This document shows, piece after piece, positions 36,871 through 46,612 of a DNA stretch of 63,644 nt (positions are counted from its first letter, which is position 1; the number at the start of each line of letters is the position of its first letter). Where the stretch lies: the NCBI GenBank assembly GCA_903847335.1, contig CAINDI010000126.1:1-63644 (forward strand), in the 5' to 3' direction. The stretch is from an uncultured Verrucomicrobiota bacterium. GTDB lineage: Bacteria; Verrucomicrobiota; Verrucomicrobiia; Palsa-1439. Made by a program: the position numbers and the translations under genes. The notes under the pieces were generated by a model. That model made no database searches and had not been told where the DNA came from. It was given only the letters and a program-made list of their open reading frames with translations.

Positions 36871-38027
36871 GACTCAACTAACTGTCTGAATTGATCAAAT
36901 AAACCGCTCGCATCGTGAGGTCCTGGTGAGGCCTCTGGATGATACTGCACACCAAATACAGGATGCTTCTTGTGTCGCAACCCTTCGATCGTCTGATCAT
37001 TAAGGTTTATCTGTGAAATTTCTACATCTGGGTTTCGCATGCTCTCCACATCCACGGCAAAACCATGATTTTGAGAAGTAATGGCAACGTTACCATCGTC
37101 TAAGTTTTTAACCGGTTGATTAGCGCCGCGGTGTCCAAATTTTAATTTGAAACAGCGACCGCCAAACGAAAAACCTAAAATCTCCAAACCTAAGCAAATT
37201 CCAAAAATTGGGATGTGCCCGATAAGTTCACGAACCGTATTGTGAGCGTAATCGATCGGATCTGGATCTCCGGGGCCATTCGAGAGAAAAACTCCTCGCG
37301 GTTTATACGACATTACTTCTGATGCAGTTGTTTGCGGTGGAACAACTTGAATATGAAATCCGCACTGCCTTAACCGCCGGAGAATATTATATTTTACACC
37401 AAAATCAAATGCGACGATTGGAACATCAGCTGGACGCAATTCATCAGCATATTCCATCTGACCAACTGCATTTCGTTCGATCTTCCAGTTGCGACTGAGC
37501 TTATTGTCTGGATCCCAAACGAATGGTTTCGGGTGGGCAACCTCCTTGACAAGATCAACCCCCACAATTCCTCGCCATTCTTTTGCACGCTGGACAGCCT
37601 CCTTATCACTAATGCCGGCGGTAGAAATACAAGATTTCATTGCGCCTTTGATGCGTAGAATCTTTGTAAGGGTTCTTGTATCGATTCCTTGAACACCAGC
37701 AATCCCGTTTTGATTGAGATAATCTGGTAAAGATTGTTCACTGCGCCAGCTGGATGGAATCGCTGAAAGTTCGCGCACAAGGAATCCTGCCACGTGTGGC
37801 TTCCAACTTTCAACATCGACCGAATTGATTCCGTAGTTACCAATTTCCGGATAAGTCATGGCCACGATTTGACCTTTATAGGAAGGATCGGTGATGATCT
37901 CCTGATAACCAGTCATGGAAGTATTGAAAACTGCCTCACCACAAGCTGTGGTTTTTGCGCCAAAACCGATACCGCGAAAGACTGTTCCGTCTTCGAGTGC
38001 GAAAATTCCGTTCATTCCAGTTGCCAT
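36858..38027 (-). CDS. carA: carbamoyl-phosphate synthase small (glutaminase) subunit
   Basis: ALEDGTVFRGIGFG, TGYQEIITDPSY and the GATase triad region GICLG...HRG. The alternative ATG at 38015 would form an ATGA overlap with the pyrC stop. Confidence 0.9.
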   Translation of the reverse strand: MATGMNGIFALEDGTVFRGIGFGAKTTACGEAVFNTSMTGYQEIITDPSYKGQIVAMTYPEIGNYGINSVDVESWKPHVAGFLVRELSAIPSSWRSEQSLPDYLNQNGIAGVQGIDTRTLTKILRIKGAMKSCISTAGISDKEAVQRAKEWRGIVGVDLVKEVAHPKPFVWDPDNKLSRNWKIERNAVGQMEYADELRPADVPIVAFDFGVKYNILRRLRQCGFHIQVVPPQTTASEVMSYKPRGVFLSNGPGDPDPIDYAHNTVRELIGHIPIFGICLGLEILGFSFGGRCFKLKFGHRGANQPVKNLDDGNVAITSQNHGFAVDVESMRNPDVEISQINLNDQTIEGLRHKKHPVFGVQYHPEASPGPHDASGLFDQFRQLVESHKS

Positions 38028-39277
38028 GCGATTTTTCCACCGACGATAGTTATCATAGCTCGCCCTTTAAGATTCCAGTTATGGAAAGGCGAATTCCGCG
38101 CTTTGCTCGCCGACTGCTCAACATCGTAAGTCCATTCTGCAACCGGGTCAATCACGGTCACATCGGCATCTGCACCGGTGCTAAGAGTTCCCTTGGATAG
38201 GCGCAATAATTTCGCCGGGTTGATAGTAAATTTTTCAATCAGCTGCGGCAGCGTCAAAACTTTTTGATGTACGAGTGCGAGCGACAATGCCAGTTCCGTC
38301 TCCAAGCCAATAATTCCAAATGGTGCAACATCAAATTCAACTTGTTTTTCATACGTACAATGTGGCGCATGATCACTGGCGATAATGTCAATTGTGCCGT
38401 CAGCCAGACCGGCGAGTAATGCTTGCCGGTCCGCTTCGGTGCGCAACGGCGGATTCATTTTCAGATTCGTGTCGTACTCTTTCACACTCTCATCAGTCAG
38501 TGTGAAATGATGCGGACAAGCTTCAGCGGAAATTTTTACACCGCGTTTTTTCGCGGCGCGCACCAATTCAACTGACCGGGCCGACGATAAATGCTGACAG
38601 TGAATGTGCCAGTCGGTTATTTCGGCGAGCAAAATATTGCGAGCGACAATAATTTCTTCAGCAACCGCCGGCCAACCGCGAAGGCCGAGCGCGGCGCTCC
38701 AATACCCTTCGTGCATTACGCCATCGGCGGCCACGTTGTAATCCTGACAATGATCCATCACCGGTAAATCAAACATCTTTGCGTACTCGACTGCGCGGCG
38801 CATGAGTTCATTATTTTGCACACAGCGACCATCATCGGTAATCGCGACAACACCGGCGCGTTTGAGTGAGCCAATCGGTGCGAGTTCTTCGCCTTTGAGT
38901 TCCTTCGTAATTGCGCCGGCGGGGAACACATTCACACAGGCGACTTCGGCGGCGCGCTGTTTGATGAATGCAATCGTGCCGGTATTATCGGCGGCCGGTG
39001 TAGTATTAGGCATCGCAACGATACTGGTGAATCCGCCGCGCGCGGCGCAACGCGTACCGGTTTCAATGCTTTCCTTGTCACTCCGACCGGGTTCGCGGAG
39101 ATGAACGTGAATGTCAATCAGTCCCGGCGTGATAATTTTACCAGTGGCATCAATTACATCCGCTTTGCTGGACGCTGCGCCGGCAATTTTACCACCGGTA
39201 ATAAATAAATCGCGAACTTCATCCACGCGATTGGCGGGATCAATCACGCGACCGTGTTTGATGATAAGTGAATTCAT
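38012..39277 (-). CDS. pyrC: dihydroorotase
   Basis: ORF 38012..39304. ATG at 39277 gives an ATGA overlap with pyr[11 protein letters not shown] metal motif and a later DHAPH. Confidence 0.88.
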   Translation of the reverse strand: MNSLIIKHGRVIDPANRVDEVRDLFITGGKIAGAASSKADVIDATGKIITPGLIDIHVHLREPGRSDKESIETGTRCAARGGFTSIVAMPNTTPAADNTGTIAFIKQRAAEVACVNVFPAGAITKELKGEELAPIGSLKRAGVVAITDDGRCVQNNELMRRAVEYAKMFDLPVMDHCQDYNVAADGVMHEGYWSAALGLRGWPAVAEEIIVARNILLAEITDWHIHCQHLSSARSVELVRAAKKRGVKISAEACPHHFTLTDESVKEYDTNLKMNPPLRTEADRQALLAGLADGTIDIIASDHAPHCTYEKQVEFDVAPFGIIGLETELALSLALVHQKVLTLPQLIEKFTINPAKLLRLSKGTLSTGADADVTVIDPVAEWTYDVEQSASKARNSPFHNWNLKGRAMITIVGGKIAWQLE

Positions 39278-40209
39278 GATTCCACCGCCTGTCCACCGGA
39301 GCATAGGAAGAGTACAGCCATGCGGACGGCCAGACCGTTGGTAACTTGTTCGAGAATCACCGAGCGCTCACAGTCGGCAACCTCGCTATCAATTTCCACA
39401 CCGCGATTAATTGGACCTGGATGCATAATCATCGCATCAGGTTTAAGGCGCGCAAAACGTTCCTTATTTAACCCGAACATCGTCGTGTACTCACCAATGC
39501 TCGGGAATAATGTTTGCCGCTGCCGTTCGTGCTGAATCCGGAGGAGGTTCACCACATCTGCATCGCGAAGCGCATCGTCAATATTATGCGTCACGCGGCA
39601 GCCAAACTGTTCAAACACGCGCGGCACAAGCGTGGAAGGACCGGCGAGTGTCACGTTGGCACCGAGCTTGGTTAGCAGCCAAATGTTGGAGCGAGCGACG
39701 CGAGAGAAAAGAATATCGCCGAGAATCGTGATGTTCAATCCAGCGATTTTTCCTTTTTTCTCAAGAATGGTAAATGCGTCGAGCAGCGCCTGAGTCGGAT
39801 GTTCATGGGCACCATCACCGGCGTTAATGACGCTAGCCTTGAGCAGTGGCGCAAGGAAATGCGGTGCACCGGCGGCGCTATGTCGGATGATAATGACATC
39901 AGCATGCAACGCTTGCAGATTCAGCGCGGTATCTTTCAACGTCTCGCCTTTCACTAAACTCGAGGCGTTGGCAGTAATGTTAATCACGTCGGCCGACAGT
40001 CGTGTCGCCGCCAATTCAAAACTCGTCCGCGTCCGCGTGGATGGCTCGATAAATAAATTCACAACCGTCTTGCCGCGCAGCGACGGAACTTTTTTCACCG
40101 ACCGTTTGCCAACTTGCTTAAACGCTTGCGCGCTGTTCAGTAAAAAATTAATTTCGGCGACGGACAACTCTTGGATGCCAAGTAAATCTTTGCGTTGCCA
40201 ACGTTTCAT
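39274..40209 (-). CDS. pyrB: aspartate carbamoyltransferase catalytic subunit
   Basis: [13 protein letters not shown] and HPGP motifs. Confidence 0.92.
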   Translation of the reverse strand: MKRWQRKDLLGIQELSVAEINFLLNSAQAFKQVGKRSVKKVPSLRGKTVVNLFIEPSTRTRTSFELAATRLSADVINITANASSLVKGETLKDTALNLQALHADVIIIRHSAAGAPHFLAPLLKASVINAGDGAHEHPTQALLDAFTILEKKGKIAGLNITILGDILFSRVARSNIWLLTKLGANVTLAGPSTLVPRVFEQFGCRVTHNIDDALRDADVVNLLRIQHERQRQTLFPSIGEYTTMFGLNKERFARLKPDAMIMHPGPINRGVEIDSEVADCERSVILEQVTNGLAVRMAVLFLCSGGQAVES

Positions 40210-40733
40210 CGTTCGATCACCACCTCATCTTTACCATCCACTTCCACCAACCGAACCATCACTCGCTCCTGTAGCGCGGTCGGTGTGTTTTTGCCGACGA
40301 AGTCGGCACGGATTGGTAATTCACGGTGGCCGCGGTCCACGAGCACCGCAACTTGAATGCGTTGCGGCCGGCCGAAATCTGCAATTTCATCTAGCGCCGC
40401 CCGGATGCTGCGACCAGTAAAAAGCACATCGTCCACCAACACAATCGTCTTACCGGTAACATCAAAGGTAATGTGCGTTGCGCCAATTACCGATGCGCCA
40501 CGCGTTCCAATATCGTCGCGGTGCATTGAAATATCAATTTCGCCAATCGGAATCTCGCGTTTCAAAATACCGGCGACGATTCCGGTTAGTCGTTGCGCCA
40601 ACGGCACGCCATGAGTTCGGATCCCGATGATTGCCAAACCGTCCTGATTGGAATTGCGCTCAACAATCTCATGCGCCATTCGTGTCAGCGCTCGCTCAAT
40701 CGCTGTTGCGTCCATGAGAATAACTTGGCTCAT
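40206..40733 (-). CDS. pyrR: bifunctional pyrimidine operon regulator / uracil phosphoribosyltransferase PyrR
   Basis: PRPP-binding motif [16 protein letters not shown], the N-terminal pattern ...[15 protein letters not shown], and its position at the head of pyrB-pyrC-carA. ATGA overlap with pyrB. Confidence 0.88.
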   Translation of the reverse strand: MSQVILMDATAIERALTRMAHEIVERNSNQDGLAIIGIRTHGVPLAQRLTGIVAGILKREIPIGEIDISMHRDDIGTRGASVIGATHITFDVTGKTIVLVDDVLFTGRSIRAALDEIADFGRPQRIQVAVLVDRGHRELPIRADFVGKNTPTALQERVMVRLVEVDGKDEVVIER

Positions 40734-40857
40734 GACACAAAAATGGCCGCCGGCCCGTGGTGGGCTGACAGCCAGTCTCTCAATTGATGATTCGTTTTCA
40801 TTGCTCCTTGCCGTCCTCGCCGGGCCGGCTTAAAGGTGCTGTTCTTTTCGTGTTCGA
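40734..40857 (-). promoter_or_regulatory. 124-nt pyrR leader (possible regulatory RNA; no canonical PyrR box seen)
   Basis: This is the only sizeable gap in the minus-strand gene train. The sense strand carries several short GC stems (gccg-gcc-cggc, ggct-gtc-agcc, ggcc-ggc-ggcc followed by auuuuu just before the ATG) and ugagagacugg, which only loosely resembles the Bacillus PyrR loop CCAGAGAGG. Confidence 0.3.
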
Positions 40858-41076
40858 TTAGGACGGTGCTTGCCGGCGCGCCTTGCGCCAATTCGACCGA
40901 TGTTTCACAATCCAATCCAGCAACGCGCGCTCAAATCCGACATCAAACCCCGCCTTTTCACTCTCAATCCATTTATGTTTGAGAATCTCGTCACGCTCCG
41001 CCAAAAATTCGCGGTACAGGGCAGAATTCATCACCATGCTTTTTGAGTCGGCGTTGATTTCGCGTTTCTCGGTCAC
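40858..41076 (-). CDS. small conserved hypothetical protein (72 aa)
   Basis: Intact ORF in the gene train. The HKWIESEKAGFDVGFERALLDWI motif recalls a small domain family of unknown function; the family name is not asserted. Confidence 0.5.
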   Translation of the reverse strand: MTEKREINADSKSMVMNSALYREFLAERDEILKHKWIESEKAGFDVGFERALLDWIVKHRSNWRKARRQAPS

Positions 41077-41109
41077 AGTCCTACCTCAATTCGATTTAGC
41101 CTACCTTAA

Positions 41110-42090
41110 CTACTTGGCCATTGCAATACTTTTGCACTGCTCGGCGATGACAAGCCGCAAAATCTCATCCAAATTTTTCGTCGGCTCCCAATCGATGAGT
41201 TGTCGAATTTTCGCAATGCTTGGCACACGCCGGCGCATATCCTCAAAGCCTTTCGCATACGCTTCCTCATAGGGCAGGCACCGGAGTTCCGACTGACTCG
41301 CGCTCAATTTCTTGACGCGCTCCGCTAATTCCCGAATGGAAACTTCTTCCGTGCTGCCGATATTAAAAATCTGTCCCGCCGCCTGCGGTTGCCGGGGCAA
41401 TTCGACCAACGCCCGCACCACATCGCTCACATGGCAGAAACACCGGCTTTGCCGGCCATCACCATAAATCGTAATCGGCTCACCGCGTACTGCCGCCTGC
41501 ACAAAACGCGGCACCACCATTCCATATCGGCCAGTCTGGCGTTGTCCAACCGTGTTGAATAATCGCACCACAGTCACCGGTAGCTTTTTCTCACGGTAAT
41601 ACGCCAATGCCAAAAATTCATCGAGCAACTTCGAGCACGCATAACTCCACCGGCCAAACGTCGGCGGCCCGATGAGTAAATCGTCGTCTTCCCGAAAACA
41701 TTCGCGCTCACTCTTACCGTACACTTCCGAAGTCGAAGTCAACAGCACGCCACTCCCGGTGCGCGCCGCTGCCGCAAGCACATCTTCGGTTCCGCGCACA
41801 TTATCTTCGATGGTATACACCGGACTTTTCACCACCAACTCCACCCCAACCGCCGCCGCCAGATGATAAACAAAATCCACCGATTCCATCGCCCGCAGCA
41901 GCGCATCGGTATCGCGAATCGAAGCATGAATAAAATAGAAGTTCGCTCGCTGCCGGAGCCCGCTGATATTTGTGAGCGAACCGGTGGAGAGATCGTCAAT
42001 CACAACGACCTCCTTACCTTCTGCCACTAACACTTCCGCCAGGTGTGACCCGATAAATCCCGCACCACCGGTAATGAGAATCCGTTTCAT
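41110..42090 (-). CDS. NAD-dependent nucleotide-sugar epimerase/dehydratase
   Basis: ORF 41110..42231. Start at MKRILITGGAGFIGSHL (ATG 42090, ATGA overlap with the UDG stop). YACSK catalytic motif (extended SDR). Confidence 0.85.
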   Translation of the reverse strand: MKRILITGGAGFIGSHLAEVLVAEGKEVVVIDDLSTGSLTNISGLRQRANFYFIHASIRDTDALLRAMESVDFVYHLAAAVGVELVVKSPVYTIEDNVRGTEDVLAAAARTGSGVLLTSTSEVYGKSERECFREDDDLLIGPPTFGRWSYACSKLLDEFLALAYYREKKLPVTVVRLFNTVGQRQTGRYGMVVPRFVQAAVRGEPITIYGDGRQSRCFCHVSDVVRALVELPRQPQAAGQIFNIGSTEEVSIRELAERVKKLSASQSELRCLPYEEAYAKGFEDMRRRVPSIAKIRQLIDWEPTKNLDEILRLVIAEQCKSIAMAK

Positions 42091-42806
42091 TTCATTTTCG
42101 GAATTGGCCGGCTGAGTTTTGTGAGAACAGTTTTCATGTCTTCCCAAACCTCGCGTTTCGCCGGTGGATTGCGCAGCAAATACGCCGGGTGAAACGTCGG
42201 CATGATCGGCGTGTTGTGGAACGTGTACCAATTGCCTCGCATCTTCGTGATGCCGATTTCCACATCAAGCAACGCCCGCACCGCCGTCGCGCCAAGCGCA
42301 ACAATTACTTTCGGTTGAATCGCATCAATTTGTTCCAGCAGATATGGCCGGCAATTATTCATCTCCTCCGGCAACGGCGTGCGATTCTGCGGTGGCCGGC
42401 ATTTCAAAACATTCGCGATGTAAACATCTGACCGTTGCAAACCCATCGCCTCGATAATTTTCGTGAGCAACTGACCGGCCCGTCCGACAAATGGTTCGCC
42501 TTGCTCGTCTTCGTCCGCTCCCGGCGCTTCGCCGACAAACATTAATTCCGCGTGAATGTTGCCGACGCCAAACACGACATTCGTCCGGCACCGCGCCAAC
42601 TCCGAGCATTTCGTGCACGCCTTCACCTTTGTCGCCAACGCCGCAAAATCACCGGTCGGTTGTGATGCCTTCGGCTTGACCACCACCGGCGCTTTGTTCA
42701 ATTCATCGAGCGTTTGTTTTGAAACTTCGACATGCGTGGTTCCGGATTTTTTCATGTGCTCCAAAACTTGAATTGTATCGTCAACGATTTCTCGCAATTT
42801 ATTCAT
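42087..42806 (-). CDS. uracil-DNA glycosylase, family 4 (Fe-S type)
   Basis: CTKCSELARCRTNVVFGVG, GEAPGADEDEQGEPFVGRAGQLL and HPAYLLRNP motifs. Confidence 0.85.
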   Translation of the reverse strand: MNKLREIVDDTIQVLEHMKKSGTTHVEVSKQTLDELNKAPVVVKPKASQPTGDFAALATKVKACTKCSELARCRTNVVFGVGNIHAELMFVGEAPGADEDEQGEPFVGRAGQLLTKIIEAMGLQRSDVYIANVLKCRPPQNRTPLPEEMNNCRPYLLEQIDAIQPKVIVALGATAVRALLDVEIGITKMRGNWYTFHNTPIMPTFHPAYLLRNPPAKREVWEDMKTVLTKLSRPIPKMK

Positions 42807-43689
42807 ACCGACTCATATCCTCCGGAATCGGCGCCGAAAATTCCATTCGCTTACCGGTGCGCGGATGCGTGAACGCCAGCTTATACGCGTGCAACAGCGG
42901 CCGCTCAACCGCAATCTTCGCGTCACGCCGGCCATACGTCGCATCGCCAATCAATCCGTGACCGATGTGCGCCATGTGAACGCGAATCTGATGCGTGCGC
43001 CCGGTGTGCAACGCAACTTCCACCAACGCGCAATCAGCATGCTGCCGGAGCACTCGGTATTCCGTCAACGCCGGCCGGCCACGAGCCGGTTGCGCCGACA
43101 TTTTTTTCCGGTCCCGCGAACTCCGGCCAATCTCCGTTTCAATCCGGCCGGTCTTTTGCTGAAAAATTCCAGAACAAACCGCCTGGTAAATCTTTTGCAC
43201 TTGCCGCGCTTTGAATTGCGCCACCAAACTTTGATGCGCCGCATCCGTCTTCGCAACGACGAGACAACCGCTCGTCCCTTTGTCGAGCCGGTGAACGATA
43301 CCGGGTCGCATGACGCCACCGATACCGGCGAGTTGTCCCCGGCAATGATGCAATAGCGCATTGACGAGCGTGTGCTCGAAATTACCGGCCGCCGGATGTA
43401 CCACGATACCAGCGGCTTTGTTCAGCACAATCAAATCGGCATCTTCGTATAAAACGGCGAGTGGAATTTCCTCCGGTAACGCCGCGAGCGGTTTCGGTGC
43501 CGGAACTTCAATGGAAATCACATCACCAGCACGCACCCGGTAACTCGGCTTGACCGGCTGACCGTTGACACGCACATCGCCAGTGGTAATCAGTTTTTGC
43601 AGGAACGACCGGGAATGCTCTGGTGCCGCGCCGTGTAGAAATTGATCCAAGCGCTGACCGGCCGCATCTCCGGTAACAGTCTGCGTCAC
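42799..43689 (-). CDS. rluD: RluA-family 23S rRNA pseudouridine synthase (RluD-like)
   Basis: An S4-like N-terminus (GQRLDQFL...VRVNGQPVKPSYRV) and the catalytic HRLDKGTSG. GTGA overlap with the upstream gene. Confidence 0.85.
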   Translation of the reverse strand: MTQTVTGDAAGQRLDQFLHGAAPEHSRSFLQKLITTGDVRVNGQPVKPSYRVRAGDVISIEVPAPKPLAALPEEIPLAVLYEDADLIVLNKAAGIVVHPAAGNFEHTLVNALLHHCRGQLAGIGGVMRPGIVHRLDKGTSGCLVVAKTDAAHQSLVAQFKARQVQKIYQAVCSGIFQQKTGRIETEIGRSSRDRKKMSAQPARGRPALTEYRVLRQHADCALVEVALHTGRTHQIRVHMAHIGHGLIGDATYGRRDAKIAVERPLLHAYKLAFTHPRTGKRMEFSAPIPEDMSRYE

Positions 43690-44645
43690 AGCCCAGCCAT
43701 GAACGCGCTGATGGTGTCGCTCGCACCCGGCAATCCTTCGTGGCCGTAGTCGGGATAAATCACCATATTTTTCTTCGCAGTAATTTTGTTGTACGCGGCG
43801 AATTGTGTCGAGGGTGGACAGATTTGATCCATCAAACCGGTTTGCATTAAAACTTCTCCACGAATTCGCGGAGCGAGATGTTGGCAGTCGATGTAGCCGA
43901 GCTTGGTGAAAATTTCTTGTTCGCGTTCGTGCCGAGGATCGAACTGCCGGAAATAGGTGCGCAATTCGGTATAGGCATTCGTCGCCAAATCCATTTCCCA
44001 GACGCGTTGGTAATCACAGAGAAATGGGAAAAACGGAGCGGCAAGTTTGATGCGCGGTTCGAGTGCGGCGCACGCAAGTGTAAGGCCGCCACCTTGCGAA
44101 CCGCCAGCGGCACCGACGCGCTGCGGATCAACCTCCGGTAGTTGCATCGCAATACCGGCGAGTTGCGCAGTGTCCAGGAAGATTTGCCGAAATAACATTT
44201 GCTGCGGCGCGTCATCGAGACCGCGAACGATGTGGCCATTCATGGTGGTCCCAGTCACACCGCCGCGATCTTGTGAGAGACCGCCCTGACCGCGACAATC
44301 GAGTGCTAATACCGAAAAACCAAGCGACGTCCAGGCAAGCTTGTCAAACCAGTCGCCGCAATTGCTGGTATACCCGTGAAAAAGGACGATAGCCGGATGG
44401 GGCTTTGGCCCGGATTTGGGCCGGAGATATTTAGCGTGAATCCGCGAACCACCAACACCGGTAAAATATAAGTTAAAACAGTCGACACCAGACGCAGTGA
44501 ATTTTGCCGGGATGAGTTCGACTTTTGCATCAAGCGCTTTCATCTCCGCGAGACTCTTGTCCCAAAATGAATCAAAGTCAGCCGGTCGCGGATTACGACC
44601 GGTGTAGGTACGGAGTTCGGCTAATGGTTTATCAATGAGTGGCAT
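43686..44645 (-). CDS. CE7 acetyl xylan esterase / cephalosporin-C deacetylase family
   Basis: AXE1-type N-terminus (LAELRTYTGRNPRPADFDSFW), the nucleophile motif GGSQGGGL, and a C-terminal YPDYGHE. Confidence 0.85.
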   Translation of the reverse strand: MPLIDKPLAELRTYTGRNPRPADFDSFWDKSLAEMKALDAKVELIPAKFTASGVDCFNLYFTGVGGSRIHAKYLRPKSGPKPHPAIVLFHGYTSNCGDWFDKLAWTSLGFSVLALDCRGQGGLSQDRGGVTGTTMNGHIVRGLDDAPQQMLFRQIFLDTAQLAGIAMQLPEVDPQRVGAAGGSQGGGLTLACAALEPRIKLAAPFFPFLCDYQRVWEMDLATNAYTELRTYFRQFDPRHEREQEIFTKLGYIDCQHLAPRIRGEVLMQTGLMDQICPPSTQFAAYNKITAKKNMVIYPDYGHEGLPGASDTISAFMAGL

Positions 44646-45408
44646 GGTGCGAGGAATTTACTGGTCGCCCGCCAAATTTTCCACACAAAATAAGTGCCAC
44701 TGCCGCGACTGCAATCAGTGCGCCGGCCATAATTTGTGCACTGGTGAAAATGCCAAAGTAATGCACCGCGTAATCGCCTCGGAAAAATTCCACACCAAAC
44801 CGGAGGGCACCGTAGCTCAACACGTAGAACCAACAAACTTGCCCGTCGAACCGCCGGTGCCGGTAAAACGCGCTCAACCCGGCAAAGATCGCAAGATTAC
44901 CGGCGGCTTCATAAAGTTGCGTCGGATGAATTGCACCGCTGTGTCCCGGTAGGTGCACCGCCCAAGGTTGCGCACACGCCTTGCCATAGCAACAGCCTTC
45001 AAAAAAACAACCGAGCCGGCCAAATGCATGCCCGAGCGCAGCGGATGGTGCGAGAATATCCACCAACTGCCAAATCGGGAGCTTCTTCAACCGGGCATAT
45101 GTCACAACGCCAACTGTCGCACCAAGGAAACCGCCGTAAAAAACAAAACCGGCACGAAGGGAAACGAGGCCGTTTTCGCGCCAGCCCTCGATAAAATCAT
45201 TCCAGAAAAAAATGATGTGAAAAATTTTGGCGCCGAGCATCGCCGCGACAATCAGCCAGACTCCGAGATCGCTGATGCGCTCCGGCACGAGACCGCTCAG
45301 CCGCGCGCGCCGTTGCGCCGTGAAAATTCCGGTCATAAAACCCGCTGCCACCAGCACGCCGTACGTGTGAATCTCCAACGCACCGAACCGAATCAGAACT
45401 GGATACAT
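44632..45408 (-). CDS. lgt: prolipoprotein diacylglyceryl transferase
   Basis: ORF 44632..45510. Start at MYPVLIRFGALEIHTYG (45408). Motifs GRLGCFFEGCCYG and HPTQLYE. Confidence 0.88.
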   Translation of the reverse strand: MYPVLIRFGALEIHTYGVLVAAGFMTGIFTAQRRARLSGLVPERISDLGVWLIVAAMLGAKIFHIIFFWNDFIEGWRENGLVSLRAGFVFYGGFLGATVGVVTYARLKKLPIWQLVDILAPSAALGHAFGRLGCFFEGCCYGKACAQPWAVHLPGHSGAIHPTQLYEAAGNLAIFAGLSAFYRHRRFDGQVCWFYVLSYGALRFGVEFFRGDYAVHYFGIFTSAQIMAGALIAVAAVALILCGKFGGRPVNSSHHATH

Positions 45409-45512
45409 ACCGGTCACGATGCCGTGTCGCTCGTGGGGTGTCAAATGAATTGCCGCCGCTCTAAAAAGCTTGCATCTCTGGCACCGCCGGCTTTCACTAC
45501 TTCCGCTCAAAC

Positions 45513-46490
45513 ATGAACCGACTCGGAATTCTCATTGCAGGTCTCGACGGTGCGGTTGCCTCCACACTTACCTCCGGCATTGCGCTCCTATGCCGGCGCT
45601 TGGCAAAACCGACCGCGTTGATTTCCGAAGCGTATGTGCAATCTCACCAGCTCGCCGGCTTCAACGAACTCGTCATCGGCGGCTGGGACAATCGGGGCGA
45701 AAATCTTTACCAAGCCGCGCTCCGCAATCGCGTTCTCGAACCGGAACGACTCCGGCCTATCGCTCGCGAACTCACCGGCATCAAACCGTGGCCAGCCGGT
45801 ACCGATAAAATCACCGCCTTCCGCCGTCAACACCGGCTCAACACCGTCGTCATTCTCAACCTCTTGCCCACCGGCGAAAACGCCGCGTCAAAAAAATATG
45901 CCCGACTCGCCGCTAAACACGGCTGTCCGTTTATCAACTTCACGCCGAACGATTGCGCGGAATCCGCAACGATTCCGTTTTGCGGTCGTGACGGGAAAAC
46001 CGGCCAGACTTGGTTTAAGTCCGTGCTCGCTCCGGCATTGCGCGCCAGGCAACTCGAAGTCACCGGTTGGTATTCCACCAATCTCCTCGGCAACGAAGAC
46101 GGGAAAATTGTCGGCGATCCCGTGAAAGGCCGGCAAAAAATCCGCGACAAATCAAAACTGCTCGGCCCAATGCTCGGCTACGAGCCGTATCACCTCGTGC
46201 AAATTAATTATTTCCCGCCGCGCGGCGACACAAAGGAAAGCTGGGACTACATCGACATTAAAGGTTTTCTCGGTCAACCGATGCAACTGCGGATCAGCGG
46301 CCAATACCGGGATTCCATCCTCGCCGCACCGATGTGTCTCGACCTCTGCCGATTCATGGAGCTCGCCCACCGGCGTGGTGCCACCGGCGCGCAAACGTGG
46401 CTGAGCATGTTTTTCAAAGTACCGTACAAAAATATCCCCCACGATTTCTTCCAGCAAGAACAACTGCTGCGAACTTATCTAAGTCCATAG
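45513..46490 (+). CDS. myo-inositol-1-phosphate synthase-like protein (short, divergent)
   Basis: Collinear resemblance to bacterial/archaeal MIPS: ILIAGLDGAVASTL (the NAD-fingerprint position), NLLPTGE, STNLLGNEDG (compare the GNNDG-type motif) and RDSILAAPMCLDLCRF. Only 325 aa. Confidence 0.55.
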   Translation: MNRLGILIAGLDGAVASTLTSGIALLCRRLAKPTALISEAYVQSHQLAGFNELVIGGWDNRGENLYQAALRNRVLEPERLRPIARELTGIKPWPAGTDKITAFRRQHRLNTVVILNLLPTGENAASKKYARLAAKHGCPFINFTPNDCAESATIPFCGRDGKTGQTWFKSVLAPALRARQLEVTGWYSTNLLGNEDGKIVGDPVKGRQKIRDKSKLLGPMLGYEPYHLVQINYFPPRGDTKESWDYIDIKGFLGQPMQLRISGQYRDSILAAPMCLDLCRFMELAHRRGATGAQTWLSMFFKVPYKNIPHDFFQQEQLLRTYLSP

Positions 46491-46612
46491 CGCGACCATT
46501 TGCAGATGTGTTTGATAGCTTATTTCTCGTTGTTTACCTTCACAAACGAAAGACTAGAACGATGCAGTTTGTCTTTTGCTGGAAACCTTGTCCCATTAGC
46601 TATGATGGGCGT

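Noticed and set aside
40760-40790. UGAGAGACUGG in the pyrR leader as a PyrR binding loop.
   Set aside because: It matches only the GAGAG core of the Bacillus consensus (UCCAGAGAGGCU) and is not presented in an obvious hairpin loop. It is kept only as a question in the findings.
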